From an uncultured Actinomycetota bacterium (GTDB lineage Bacteria > Actinomycetota > Actinomycetes > Propionibacteriales > Nocardioidaceae), in NCBI GenBank assembly GCA_963759065.1, contig CAVWYA010000010.1:321231-385230 (forward strand): a stretch of DNA of 64,000 nucleotides, in the 5' to 3' direction. The number at the start of each line of letters is the position of its first letter. The stretch's first letter is position 1. Position numbers and translations under genes: made by a program. Positions 10,715 through 19,873 of the stretch are shown one piece after another. The notes under the pieces were generated by a model. It searched no databases. It worked only from the letters and a program-made list of their open reading frames with translations, and was not told the origin of the DNA.

Positions 10715-12280
10715 TCAGCCTCCGCCAGCGGGCAGCGGCTCGAGCGTGATCTCGGGGTTGGCGCGTGTCGTGCTCTTGGCGCGCCACTCGTCGACGAAAA
10801 GAGCGAGCCGGGTGCCGTCGCTGCGCTGCAGGACCTCGATGCCGCGCATGCCGGCCAGCGCCTCGGTGCCGGCCGCGTCGGTACGTCGCGCGACTTGGTA
10901 GTCCAGCCGGTTGAAGCGGATCGGGGCGTTGAACTCGTGGGTCATCCGGTCCTCGACGACCTCGAACTGCATCGGACCGACCGCCGCGAGGACGGGGTTC
11001 TGGTCGCCGCGCAGGTCCGACCGCAGTACTTGCACGACTCCCTCCTGGTCGAGCTGCTCGATGCCCTTGCGGAACTGCTTGTAGCGGCTGATGTCGCCGG
11101 CCCGGGCGGTGACGAAGTGCTCGGGGGCGAAGGTGGGCACCGGCGGGTACTCGATCGGGTCGCCGACGTAGACGGTGTCTCCGACGCGCAGTGCCGTCGC
11201 GTTGACCAGGCCGATGATGTCGCCCGGCTCGGCGCTCTCGACCGACGTCGTCTCGCGTCCGAAGACCGACTGCGCGAACTTCGTCGCGAACGGGCGACCC
11301 GTGGTGGCGTGGGTGACGACCATCCCGCGCTCGAACGTGCCGGAGACGACCCGCGCGTAGGCGAGGCGGTCGCGGTGGGCGGAGTTCATCCCGGACTGCA
11401 CCTTGAAGACGAACGCGCTGAACTCGTCGGCGGGCTGGCGCACCGAACCGTCGACCCCCACGGTCGCGGTGGGTGCCGGTGCGATGTCGAGCAGCAGGTC
11501 GAGGAGCTGCGCGACCCCGAAGTTCTGCAGCGCCGAGGCGAACATGACGGGAGTGGTCTCGCCGGCAAGGAACCGCTCCTCGTCGTGGTCGGCCTCGTCG
11601 AGGGTGAGCAGCTCGTGCTCCTCCATCGCAGCCGACCACACCAGGGAGTCGCCCGGGTCCACCTCGGCCGGGGACAGCCTCTGCTCCGGAGCCCGCGTGG
11701 CCCCACCGGCGGTGCGGGTGTACTTCACGAATTCTCCGGTACGTCGGTCCAGCACGCCGCGGAAGTCGCCGGCCTCGCCGACCGGCCAGGTCAGGGGCGT
11801 CGGCCGGAGCTTGATCTTCTCCTGGATCACGTCCATCAGCTCCAGGGCCGAGAGGCCGGGGCGGTCCCATTTGTTGATGACCGTGATCACCGGGATGCCC
11901 CGCAGGGCGCAGACCTGGAAGAGCTTGAGCGTCTGCGGTTCGAGACCCTTGCCCGCGTCGACCAACATGACGGCCGAGTCGACCGCGGACAGCACGCGGT
12001 AGGTGTCCTCGGAGAAGTCGCTGTGGCCTGGGGTGTCGACCAGGTTGACCACGTGGCCCCGGTAGGAGAACTGCAACGCTGCCGAGGTGATCGAGATGCC
12101 GCGCGCCTTCTCCATCGCCATCCAGTCCGACACCGTGGCGCGCCGTTCACCTTTGCCGTGCACGGCACCCGCCTGGGTGATCGCCTGGGCGTGCAGAGCG
12201 AGCGCCTCGGTCAGGGTCGACTTGCCCGCGTCGGGGTGGCTGATGACGGCGAAGGTACGTCGGGGGCGGGAGTCTGGCAC
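10715..12280 (-). CDS. prfC: Peptide chain release factor 3
   Basis: RTFAVISHPDAGKSTLTE, SDWMAME..RGISI, DTPGHSDFSED, NKWD, AVGPMQFEV. Confidence 0.95.
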   Translation of the reverse strand: MPDSRPRRTFAVISHPDAGKSTLTEALALHAQAITQAGAVHGKGERRATVSDWMAMEKARGISITSAALQFSYRGHVVNLVDTPGHSDFSEDTYRVLSAVDSAVMLVDAGKGLEPQTLKLFQVCALRGIPVITVINKWDRPGLSALELMDVIQEKIKLRPTPLTWPVGEAGDFRGVLDRRTGEFVKYTRTAGGATRAPEQRLSPAEVDPGDSLVWSAAMEEHELLTLDEADHDEERFLAGETTPVMFASALQNFGVAQLLDLLLDIAPAPTATVGVDGSVRQPADEFSAFVFKVQSGMNSAHRDRLAYARVVSGTFERGMVVTHATTGRPFATKFAQSVFGRETTSVESAEPGDIIGLVNATALRVGDTVYVGDPIEYPPVPTFAPEHFVTARAGDISRYKQFRKGIEQLDQEGVVQVLRSDLRGDQNPVLAAVGPMQFEVVEDRMTHEFNAPIRFNRLDYQVARRTDAAGTEALAGMRGIEVLQRSDGTRLALFVDEWRAKSTTRANPEITLEPLPAGGG

Positions 12281-12334
12281 TGCCTGAACCTAACGGTCAG
12301 GCGCCTGGACACACGCTTTGGCAGGCGCTCGATC

Positions 12335-12579
12335 TTGTCTACCCCGGCGAGCTTCGCTCCCGTCACGTCCTCGCGACCGCGGGCGAGGCAGCGGGCTTGC
12401 CTGGTCACGTGTGGACGTGAAGGGAGCGAAGCGACCCGGCTTTTCCGAGCGGAGCGAGGCGCCCCGCGATCGGTCTCCGGGCCGTGGCGACCGGCGCCCC
12501 AGCGAGCGCAGCGAGCCAGGCGCCCGCGAGCGCAGCGAGCTGTCGCGACGGACTGGGGGCCGAAGCTCGCGGGGGTAGA
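12335..12579. mobile_element. MITE/REP-like palindromic element, copy A
   Basis: 19-bp terminal inverted repeats TCTACCCCGGCGAGCTTCG (12338-12356) and CGAAGCTCGCGGGGGTAGA (12561-12579), 18/19 identical; internal GAGCGCAGCGAG motifs; homologous inverted copy at 52089-52461. Mobility is inferred. Confidence 0.7.
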
Positions 12580-12583
12580 AAGA

Positions 12584-12621
12584 TTGACAATGATTCTCAT
12601 TCGCGGTGAGAATCGTTCTCA
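12584..12621 (+). promoter_or_regulatory. Zur-repressed promoter with two tandem Zur boxes
   Basis: 7-1-7 palindromes TGACAAT-G-ATTCTCA (12585-12599) and TGAGAAT-C-GTTCTCA (12607-12621), overlapping -35 TTGACA (12584) and -10-like GAGAAT (12608); ATG at 12621. Confidence 0.85.
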
Positions 12622-13574
12622 TGCGCTCCCTCCTCGTCCCTGCCGCCGTGCTCATGGTCGTGACGTCCGGGTGCGCGGCCTTCACCAACGAGGCGCCGGG
12701 CGGCGGCAAGGGGATCGACGTGATCACGGCGTTCTACCCGCTTCAGTTCGTCACCGAGCGCGTTGCGGGCGACCACGCGGACGTGGTCAACCTGACCCGG
12801 CCCGGCAAGGAGCCGCACGACCTCGAGCTGTCGGTCGCCCAGACCGCGGCGGTGACCAACGCCGACCTGGTCGTCTACGAGAAGGGGCTGCAGGCAGCGG
12901 TCGACGCGGCCGTCGACCAGGCCGACGGCGTACCGGCCATCGACGCGGCCGCGGTGGCCGGGCTCGAACCCCTCTCGCACGACGGCCATGACGACGCCGA
13001 GCACGACGCCGAGCACGACGCCGAGCACGGCGACGAGGAGCACTCCGACCTGGGTGACCTCGACCCGCACTTCTGGCTCGACCCGCTCAAGCTGGCCAAG
13101 GTCGCGGACTCGGTGGCCGAGGCGCTCACCAAGGCCGACCCCCTTCACGCGGCCGACTACCGGGCCAACGCGGCCGCCCTCGACGCGGACCTCACGGCGC
13201 TGGACCAGGAGTACGCCGCCGGGCTGGCGGACTGCGTCCGGGACACGATCGTCGTCTCGCACAACGCCTTCGGCTACCTCGGCCGCTACGGGCTCTTCAT
13301 CGAGCCGATCTCGGGCCTCTCCCCCGAGGCCGAGCCCACGCCGGCCGACCTGGCCCGCCTCCAGCAGCTGATCGAGGACGACGGGATCACGACCGTGTTC
13401 GGCGAGCGGCTGGTCAGTCCCAAGCTGGCGCAGAGCCTCGCCGACGACATGGGTGTGACGACCGAGATCCTTGACCCGATCGAGGGGCTGACCTCGGAGA
13501 CCGCCGATGATGACTACCTGTCCCTGATGCGGGAAAACCTCGCCGCGCTACGAGAGGCCAACGGATGTCCGTGA
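12621..13574 (+). CDS. znuA: Zinc ABC transporter substrate-binding lipoprotein
   Basis: Lipobox TSG-C, EPHDLEL, DPHFWLDP, SHNAFGYL, His/Asp-rich loop. Confidence 0.9.
   Translation: MRSLLVPAAVLMVVTSGCAAFTNEAPGGGKGIDVITAFYPLQFVTERVAGDHADVVNLTRPGKEPHDLELSVAQTAAVTNADLVVYEKGLQAAVDAAVDQADGVPAIDAAAVAGLEPLSHDGHDDAEHDAEHDAEHGDEEHSDLGDLDPHFWLDPLKLAKVADSVAEALTKADPLHAADYRANAAALDADLTALDQEYAAGLADCVRDTIVVSHNAFGYLGRYGLFIEPISGLSPEAEPTPADLARLQQLIEDDGITTVFGERLVSPKLAQSLADDMGVTTEILDPIEGLTSETADDDYLSLMRENLAALREANGCP
12993..13028 (+). repeat. 12-bp tandem repeat (GACGCCGAGCAC)x3 encoding (DAEH)3
   Basis: Three exact copies in the ZnuA His-rich loop. Confidence 0.95.
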
Positions 13575-14377
13575 CCGCGCGGTCGGCCGAGCTGCCGATC
13601 CGGCTGACCGACGGCGCCGTCGCCATCGGCGGCCGTCCGGTCCTGCGCCACATCGACCTCGAGGTGCCGGCCGGCCAGTTCCTCGCCCTGATGGGGGCCA
13701 ACGGCTCCGGCAAGTCGACGCTGGTGCGGGCGTTGATCGGACTGCGGCCCCTGACGGGCGGGACCCTGGATCTCTTCGGTACGCCGATCGAGCGGTTCCA
13801 GGACTGGTCCCGGATCGGCTTCGTGCCCCAGCGGGGCGGCGCGACGTCCGGCGTACCGGCCTCGGTCTGGGAGGTGGTCGCCTCGGGACGGCTCACCCAC
13901 CGCCGGCTCTTCCGGCCCCTCTCGCGCACCGACCGCGCCGCCATCACCGAGGCGCTCGAGGTGGTCGGACTGGCCGGCCGGGCGAGCGACGGGGTGGGCA
14001 CCCTCTCCGGGGGCCAGCAGCAGCGGGTGCTCATCGCGCGCGCCCTGGCCGCGGAGCCGGAGCTGTTCTTCCTCGACGAGCCCACCGCGGGCGTCGACCT
14101 GGCCAACCAGATCTCGCTGGCGACGTCGTTGGACAGGCTCAAGGAGCGCGGCGCGACCATCGTGCTCGTCGCACACGAGCTCGGGCCGCTCGCGTCTCTC
14201 GTCGACCGCGCGATCGTGATGCGCGACGGACGGATGGCGTACGACGGCGCACCGCTCGCGGACCACGCTGTGCACGAGCCGGTCTACGGCGACGCGCACA
14301 CCCATCACCACCACGCGTCGCACCACCGGCACGACCACGTACCGGTGGTCCGCTCTCCCCTGGAGGGTGGCCAGTGA
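13565..14377 (+). CDS. znuC: Zinc ABC transporter ATP-binding protein
   Basis: GANGSGKS, LSGGQQQR, FFLDEP, His-rich C-terminal tail. Confidence 0.92.
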   Translation: MSVTARSAELPIRLTDGAVAIGGRPVLRHIDLEVPAGQFLALMGANGSGKSTLVRALIGLRPLTGGTLDLFGTPIERFQDWSRIGFVPQRGGATSGVPASVWEVVASGRLTHRRLFRPLSRTDRAAITEALEVVGLAGRASDGVGTLSGGQQQRVLIARALAAEPELFFLDEPTAGVDLANQISLATSLDRLKERGATIVLVAHELGPLASLVDRAIVMRDGRMAYDGAPLADHAVHEPVYGDAHTHHHHASHHRHDHVPVVRSPLEGGQ

Positions 14378-14382
14378 CTCAG

Positions 14383-14437
14383 CCCTGTTCGTTCTCCGCT
14401 CCCCCCGCTCCGCTCCTTCCACGGGCAACGAACAGGG
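14383..14437. repeat. Intra-operon hairpin (11-bp perfect inverted repeat)
   Basis: CCCTGTTCGTT (14383-14393) and AACGAACAGGG (14427-14437); loop contains CTCCGCTCC twice. Confidence 0.8.
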
Positions 14438-14447
14438 GACCCCGGAA

Positions 14448-15449
14448 ATGACCTTCTGGGAGCTGTTCCAGTACCCGTTCATGCAGCGGGCGCTGATCGC
14501 CGCCGCGTTCACCGGCTTCGCCGCACCCGCGGTCGGTACCTACCTGGTCCAGCGCCGACTCTCGCTCATGGGCGACGGGATCGGGCACGTCGCGGTCACC
14601 GGCGTCGCCCTCGGGCTGCTGACGGGCACCTCACCGACATGGACCGCCGTCGTCGTCGCCGTGATCGGCGCGGTCGTGATCGAGGCGATCCGCGCTCGGG
14701 GTCACACGAACGGCGACGTCGCCCTGGCATTGCTCTTCTACGGCGGTCTGGCCGGTGGGGTGCTGCTCAGCGGCCTCGGCGGCGAGAGCTCGGCCCGGCT
14801 GCAGGAGTACCTCTTCGGCTCGATCACCACCATCTCGATCGCCGACGTGATCGTGACCATGGCGCTGGCCACCGTGGTGCTCGTGGTCGGGATCGGCCTG
14901 TCGCCCCAGCTGTTCGCGGTCGCGCAGGACCAGGAGTTCGCCCGGGTCACCGGGCTCCGCGTGGGCTTCTACAACGTGCTTGTCGCAGTGTTGGCGGCGG
15001 TCAGCGTCTCGGTGGCGATGCGCACGGTGGGGCTCCTGCTGGTCTCCGCGCTGATGGTGGTGCCGGTCGCGACGTCGCAGCAGCTGACCCGCTCGTTCCG
15101 CACCACTTTGCTCGCGGCCATGGTGCTCGGTGCGGCCGCGTCTATCGGCGGGCTCGTGCTGTCGGCGTACCTCTCGTTCCACGCGACGGTCGCGCCCGGT
15201 CCGACGATCGTGCTGCTGTCGCTCGTCGGGTTCGCGATCACGTGGCCGGTCGGCGTCTGGGTACGGCGGCGGGCACGGCTCAGGGAGCCGTTCCCGGCCA
15301 CGCCGCCTCCCGACCACGAGCCGACCGAGCACCAGCACCAGCACGGGCCGGACTGCGGACACCGCGCCGTACGCCACGGCGACCACGTCGACTATGTCCA
15401 CGACGGCCACCGGCACGCCGAGCACGGAGCGCACTATGACGAGCACTGA
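14448..15449 (+). CDS. znuB: Zinc ABC transporter permease with His-rich C-terminal extension
   Basis: GDGIGHVAVTG, YLFGSI, VGLLLVSALMVVP; tail HQHQHGPDCGH...HGDHVDYVHDGHRH. Confidence 0.92.
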   Translation: MTFWELFQYPFMQRALIAAAFTGFAAPAVGTYLVQRRLSLMGDGIGHVAVTGVALGLLTGTSPTWTAVVVAVIGAVVIEAIRARGHTNGDVALALLFYGGLAGGVLLSGLGGESSARLQEYLFGSITTISIADVIVTMALATVVLVVGIGLSPQLFAVAQDQEFARVTGLRVGFYNVLVAVLAAVSVSVAMRTVGLLLVSALMVVPVATSQQLTRSFRTTLLAAMVLGAAASIGGLVLSAYLSFHATVAPGPTIVLLSLVGFAITWPVGVWVRRRARLREPFPATPPPDHEPTEHQHQHGPDCGHRAVRHGDHVDYVHDGHRHAEHGAHYDEH

Positions 15450-15837
15450 CGGGTCGTCGGCGATGCGTCCGACCAAGCAGCGGCTCGCGGTCGTCGAGGC
15501 CATGGACTCCTTCGACGACTTCCGGTCGGCGCAGGAGATCCACGACCTGCTCGGCCGGCGCGGCGACCCGGTCGGGCTGGCCACCGTCTACCGCACCCTG
15601 CAGCGGCTCGCGGACGCCGGCGAGGTGGACATGCTGCGCACCGAGGACGGCGAGGCGATCTACCGCCGCTGCTCCGACAGCCACCACCACCACCTGGTCT
15701 GCCGCGCCTGCGGCCGGACCGTCGAGGTCGAGGGACCGACCGTCGAGCGGTGGACCCGCGCGATCGCCGGCGAGCACGGCTTCTCCGACGTGAGCCACAC
15801 GCTGGAGATCTTCGGGACCTGCCCCGACTGCTCCTAG
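15436..15837 (+). CDS. zur: Fur-family regulator, zinc uptake regulator
   Basis: TKQR, GLATVYRTL, HHHHLVCRACG, CPDC; located in a Zur-box-controlled operon. Start 15436 or 15463. Confidence 0.88.
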   Translation: MTSTDGSSAMRPTKQRLAVVEAMDSFDDFRSAQEIHDLLGRRGDPVGLATVYRTLQRLADAGEVDMLRTEDGEAIYRRCSDSHHHHLVCRACGRTVEVEGPTVERWTRAIAGEHGFSDVSHTLEIFGTCPDCS

Positions 15838-16310
15838 GCGCCGGCCTCGGCGACCTCGGCGTAGTGCTTGAGCATGCCGCCCCAGGCGTCGGGGGCGTCG
15901 AAGGTCGCGTGCATCTGGGCCGCGTCGGCGCCGAAGGCCTCCAGGTCGCGGTGCACCAGCTCGACCAGGGTGCGCCCGTCGTCGGTCGGCGTGAAGGTCA
16001 CGTCGATGTGGGTGACCAGGTCGTCGTGGAAGGCCCAGTCGGCGCCGATCTGCCAGGTGACGGTGAAGCCGTTCGGCGCGTCGTACGCCGTGACGACGCC
16101 GGTCTCGGTCTCGGACCCGTCGGTGTGCCTGGTGTACCAGCGGCCGCCCGCGAACGGCTCGACCACGACCTTCTCGATCGGCGCCTCCCCGATGTGGTGG
16201 CTCGCCGGCCACCACGACGTCATCTCGTCGGTGAAGACCTCGAAGCAGCGCTTCTGGTCGAGCCCCACGGAGACGCTCACGCGAATGGGGTTGATGGTCT
16301 GCTGCGTCAT
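15834..16310 (-). CDS. SRPBCC/AHSA1-like domain protein
   Basis: F..FT..M..WWP, GGRWY, T.VELVH pattern; coupled to the ArsR gene. Confidence 0.85.
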   Translation of the reverse strand: MTQQTINPIRVSVSVGLDQKRCFEVFTDEMTSWWPASHHIGEAPIEKVVVEPFAGGRWYTRHTDGSETETGVVTAYDAPNGFTVTWQIGADWAFHDDLVTHIDVTFTPTDDGRTLVELVHRDLEAFGADAAQMHATFDAPDAWGGMLKHYAEVAEAGA

Positions 16311-16645
16311 CGGTCGTTCTCCTTGTGTGGTTGCGCTTCGGCGTACTGGTCCTCTGCGTACTGCGCGAACGCGACCAGCGCCTTCTTCCAGAACCGCTCG
16401 AGGTAGTCGCGGACGGGGGTCAGCCCGGCCGGGTCGACGCGGTAGACCCGACGGGTCCCTTCCTGTCGGTCCACCACGAGCCCCACTTCCTTGAGCACCT
16501 TGAGGTGCTGCGACACCGCCGGCCGGCTGACCGGCAGCTGCGCGGCGAGCTCGCCCACGGGCTGCGGCCCTTCCAGGAGCAGGTCGAGGATCGCCTGCCG
16601 GGTCGGGTCGCCGAGGGCGGTGAGGATGAGCGATGCGTTCGTCAT
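16307..16645 (-). CDS. ArsR/SmtB family transcriptional regulator
   Basis: ALGDPTRQAIL, VSRPAVSQHLKVL..GLV, EGTRRVY. Confidence 0.93.
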   Translation of the reverse strand: MTNASLILTALGDPTRQAILDLLLEGPQPVGELAAQLPVSRPAVSQHLKVLKEVGLVVDRQEGTRRVYRVDPAGLTPVRDYLERFWKKALVAFAQYAEDQYAEAQPHKENDR

Positions 16646-16677
16646 GACTTACCGTAAGTTATGACTAACGGTAAGTC
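16646..16677. promoter_or_regulatory. Putative autoregulatory operator of the ArsR-SRPBCC operon
   Basis: Perfect 10-bp inverted repeat GACTTACCGT-N12-ACGGTAAGTC abutting the start codon. Confidence 0.7.
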
Positions 16678-16681
16678 GTTG

Positions 16682-18325
16682 TCAACCGTTCACGGCGACG
16701 ACCGGGGCGTCCTCGTCCTCGGGCAGCAAGGAGTCTGCGGGTAGGTCGAGAGGAAGGCGGACGCGGAAGGTGGAGCCGCGGCCCTCCTCGCTCTCGACCT
16801 CGATCCGGCCGCCGTGGCTGTCCACGATCGCCTTGGTGATGCTCAGGCCGAGGCCGATGCCCTGGATCGACCGCTGGGCGGCGTGCCGGGTGCGGAAGAA
16901 CCGGCTGAAGACGTGGTTGCGGTCGCGCAGGCTGATGCCGATGCCGGTGTCCACGACGACGAGCTCGACCCGCTTGTGGATGACCGAGAGGTCGACCTCG
17001 ACCCGACCGCCGGACGGCGTGTACTTGATGGCGTTCGAGATCAGGTTGTCGATGACCTGCGCGAACCGGTCCGGGTCGACCAGCACGACGAGGTGCTCCG
17101 GCGTCCGGCTGACGAGAGTCAGCCCGGCCGCCTCGACCGCGGGGCGGGCCGCCTCGAGGGAGTGCCGGACCAGCGCCGCCATGTCGGTGAGCTCACGCTC
17201 GATGTGCACGAGACCGCGCTCGACCTGAGCCGTCTGGAGCAGGTCGGCGACCAGGCGATCGAGGCGGTCGACGTTCCGGACGACGACACCGAGGTGTTGC
17301 CGGACCTCGTCGGGCAGGTCGTCGCGCTCGAGCAGCAGGCTGGTGAACCCGTGGATCGAGGTGAGCGGCGTACGAAGCTCGTGCGAGACCGAGGCCACGA
17401 ACTCCTCCTTCACCTCCAGCGCCCGCATGAAGTCGGTGACGTCCTTGTAGGCGAGGGCGGCCCCGGCGAACTTGCCGCTCTCCTCGCGTACGACGCGCGA
17501 GGAGACCGAGAGCGCGCGCCGGGTCAGTGCGTCCGAGCCGACCCAGATGAGCTGGTCGTCGAACTCCTCCTCCTGGGTCGCGCGGTACGTCGGCATGTCC
17601 TCGTGCTGGACGAACGTCTCGCCGTCCTCGTGGAAGACGTCGCCGAGCTGACCGGCCTGCCCACGGTGGCCGGCCGGGAAGGCGAGCCGCATGAAGTCGT
17701 GGTGGCGGCGGTTCATGGTCAGGTAGCGGCCGTTGCCGTCGAGCAGGACCAGGCCGACGTCGACGGTGTCGAGGATCGCCTCACCGACCCGGCGCTGCAG
17801 CTCGATCAGCTCCTGACCGCCCCTGACCCGCTGGATGACGTTGGCGATCGCGAGCGACACGGTCACGGCGATGACCGTGGTGGTCACCGAGCGAGAGAGG
17901 TTGATCCCGCTCACACCGATGTAGATGAGGCCCGGCACCATCACGAGGAGCACGGTCGAGACCCCGGTGACGACCGCGCCGCGGATGCCGTAGGCGAAGC
18001 CGAGCCAGAGCGCCGGGACCACGACGAGCAGTGCCGACCCGCCCAGCGGGTCTAGCCGGCTCAGCCCGACCAGACCGACGTCGAAGACGAGCAGCGCCAG
18101 CCGGCACCACTCGGGAGTCCGCGTCCAGGGCACCGTGAGGGTGACCACCCACGCCACCGGGACGAGCACCAGCCCGATCAGTGGCCCCGTCCGCAACGCG
18201 ATGTCGCCGGCGACCCGCAGCCCCATGTCGAGCAGGAACAGCAGGCTGAAGCCCAGCTGGAGCAACCGAGGGTCGCGGGGCTCCAGCCACAGGCGGCGGA
18301 GCTCCTCCCGCAGACGTCTGGTCAC
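16682..18325 (-). CDS. Membrane sensor histidine kinase (TM-PAS-HisKA-HATPase)
   Basis: SHELRTPLTSI, NLISNAIKYT, DTGIGI, GIGLGLSI. Start inferred at the GTG at 18325. Confidence 0.9.
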   Translation of the reverse strand: MTRRLREELRRLWLEPRDPRLLQLGFSLLFLLDMGLRVAGDIALRTGPLIGLVLVPVAWVVTLTVPWTRTPEWCRLALLVFDVGLVGLSRLDPLGGSALLVVVPALWLGFAYGIRGAVVTGVSTVLLVMVPGLIYIGVSGINLSRSVTTTVIAVTVSLAIANVIQRVRGGQELIELQRRVGEAILDTVDVGLVLLDGNGRYLTMNRRHHDFMRLAFPAGHRGQAGQLGDVFHEDGETFVQHEDMPTYRATQEEEFDDQLIWVGSDALTRRALSVSSRVVREESGKFAGAALAYKDVTDFMRALEVKEEFVASVSHELRTPLTSIHGFTSLLLERDDLPDEVRQHLGVVVRNVDRLDRLVADLLQTAQVERGLVHIERELTDMAALVRHSLEAARPAVEAAGLTLVSRTPEHLVVLVDPDRFAQVIDNLISNAIKYTPSGGRVEVDLSVIHKRVELVVVDTGIGISLRDRNHVFSRFFRTRHAAQRSIQGIGLGLSITKAIVDSHGGRIEVESEEGRGSTFRVRLPLDLPADSLLPEDEDAPVVAVNG

Positions 18326-18365
18326 GGTAAAACACTGGCAGAGCAGGCTCAGCCGCGCGGGTGAA

Positions 18366-19130
18366 TCAGGCTTTCCCGTACCGCCGGTTGCGCGCGGCGT
18401 ACACCTCGATGGCGGACCACAGGTCGCGCCGGTCGACGTCGGGCCACAGGACGTCGGTGAAGACGAGCTCGCTGTAGGCCGCCTGCCACAGCATGAAGTT
18501 CGAGAGTCGCTGCTCCCCCGACGTCCGCCAGACAAGATCCGCGTCGGACTGCTCGGGCACGTAGAGGTGACGCGCGACCGTGCGCTCGTCGATCTTGTCC
18601 GGGTTGAGGCGGCCCGCCGCCACCTCACGCCCGATCGAGCGCATGGTGTCGGCGAGCTCCGCGCGGCCGCCGTAGTTGACGCACATGGTCAGCGTCAGCA
18701 CGTCGTTGTCGCGGGTGAGCTCCTCGGCGACCTGGAGCTCCTTGATCACCGACCGCCACAGCCGTGGCGCACGGCCCGCCCAGCGCACCTTCACGCCGAG
18801 CTCGTGCATCTCGTCGCGGCGCCGTCGGATGACGTCGCGGTTGAACCCCATGAGGAAGCGGACCTCGTCGGGCGAGCGCGTCCAGTTCTCGGTCGAGAAG
18901 GCGTACGCCGAGATCGCCTTCACGCCGACCTCGATGGCGCCCTCGACGACGTCGAACAGCGAGGACTCCCCCGCCTCGTGGCCCTTGGTGCGCGGCAGCC
19001 CCTGCTTCTTGGCCCAGCGGCCGTTGCCGTCCATGACGATCGCGACGTGCCGCGGCACCAGGTCCCTCGGCAGGTCGGGCGGCCGGGCTCCCGACGGGTG
19101 CGGGTTCGGCGGGCGGACCGCTCTCTTCAT
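18366..19130 (-). CDS. uppS: Isoprenyl (polyprenyl diphosphate) transferase
   Basis: HVAIVMDGNGRWA, YAFSTENW, NYGGR, RTSGEQRLSNF. Confidence 0.95.
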   Translation of the reverse strand: MKRAVRPPNPHPSGARPPDLPRDLVPRHVAIVMDGNGRWAKKQGLPRTKGHEAGESSLFDVVEGAIEVGVKAISAYAFSTENWTRSPDEVRFLMGFNRDVIRRRRDEMHELGVKVRWAGRAPRLWRSVIKELQVAEELTRDNDVLTLTMCVNYGGRAELADTMRSIGREVAAGRLNPDKIDERTVARHLYVPEQSDADLVWRTSGEQRLSNFMLWQAAYSELVFTDVLWPDVDRRDLWSAIEVYAARNRRYGKA

Positions 19131-19855
19131 CGCTCGACGTAGGCCATGGAGCGGAGCCCGCGCTCGAGGTGCCAGGCGAGGAACGCCGCGACCAGGCCGC
19201 TGGCCTCCTTGAGGTGGCGCGGGTCGGTGGCGTCGACGACGTCCCAGTCGCCGGCGAGCAGGGCACCGAGGACGGTGATCGTCTCCGGCGCCGGGCCGGC
19301 CGAGCCGGGGACCCTGCAGGTGGTGCAGAGCATCCCGCCGTACGACGGGTTGAACCAGCGGTGCGGCCCCTCGAGGCCGCAGCGGGCGCAGTGCTCGAAC
19401 GACGGCGCGTAGCCGGCCACCGCCAGCGAGCGCAGCAGGTAGGAGTCGAGCACCTGGCTGGGCCGGCGCTCCCCGCCGACCATCGCCCGCAGGCCACCGA
19501 CCAGCAGCAGGAACTGCTGGGTGGAGGGCTCCTTCTCCTCGGTGACGAGCCGCTCGGCGGTCTCGAGCATCACCGTGCCCGCGGTGTAGCGCTCGTAGTC
19601 GGCACCCAGCGGCGCGGCGAACGCGTCCTGGGTCTCGGCCTGGGTGACGGTGTCGAGGTTGCGCCCCTCGGCGAGCTGCACGTCCACGTGGGTGAACGGC
19701 TCGAGCCGGGAGCCGAACTTCGACGTGGTCCGGCGTACCCCCTTGGCCACCGCGCGCACCCGCCCGTTCTCACGGGTCAGCAGGGTGATGATGCGATCGG
19801 CTTCGCCGAGCTTGTGGGTGCGCAGCACGATCGCCTCGTCGCGGTAGAGAGGCAC
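19127..19855 (-). CDS. recO: DNA repair protein RecO
   Basis: LGEADRII, AKGVRR, LEPF, CARC...CTTC zinc finger. Confidence 0.95.
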   Translation of the reverse strand: MPLYRDEAIVLRTHKLGEADRIITLLTRENGRVRAVAKGVRRTTSKFGSRLEPFTHVDVQLAEGRNLDTVTQAETQDAFAAPLGADYERYTAGTVMLETAERLVTEEKEPSTQQFLLLVGGLRAMVGGERRPSQVLDSYLLRSLAVAGYAPSFEHCARCGLEGPHRWFNPSYGGMLCTTCRVPGSAGPAPETITVLGALLAGDWDVVDATDPRHLKEASGLVAAFLAWHLERGLRSMAYVER

Positions 19856-19873
19856 TCCCTCATTGTGACGGGT

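Noticed and set aside
10715-12280. prfC as a horizontally acquired gene
   Set aside because: RF3 is patchy in Actinobacteria, but composition and codon usage match the host and no mobility genes are adjacent.
12290-12600. ORFs or CRISPR-like array in the GAGCGCAGCGAG-rich regions (also 52080-52580)
   Set aside because: Translations are low-complexity; motifs are irregularly spaced with no unique spacers and no cas genes. Better explained as a palindromic repeat element.
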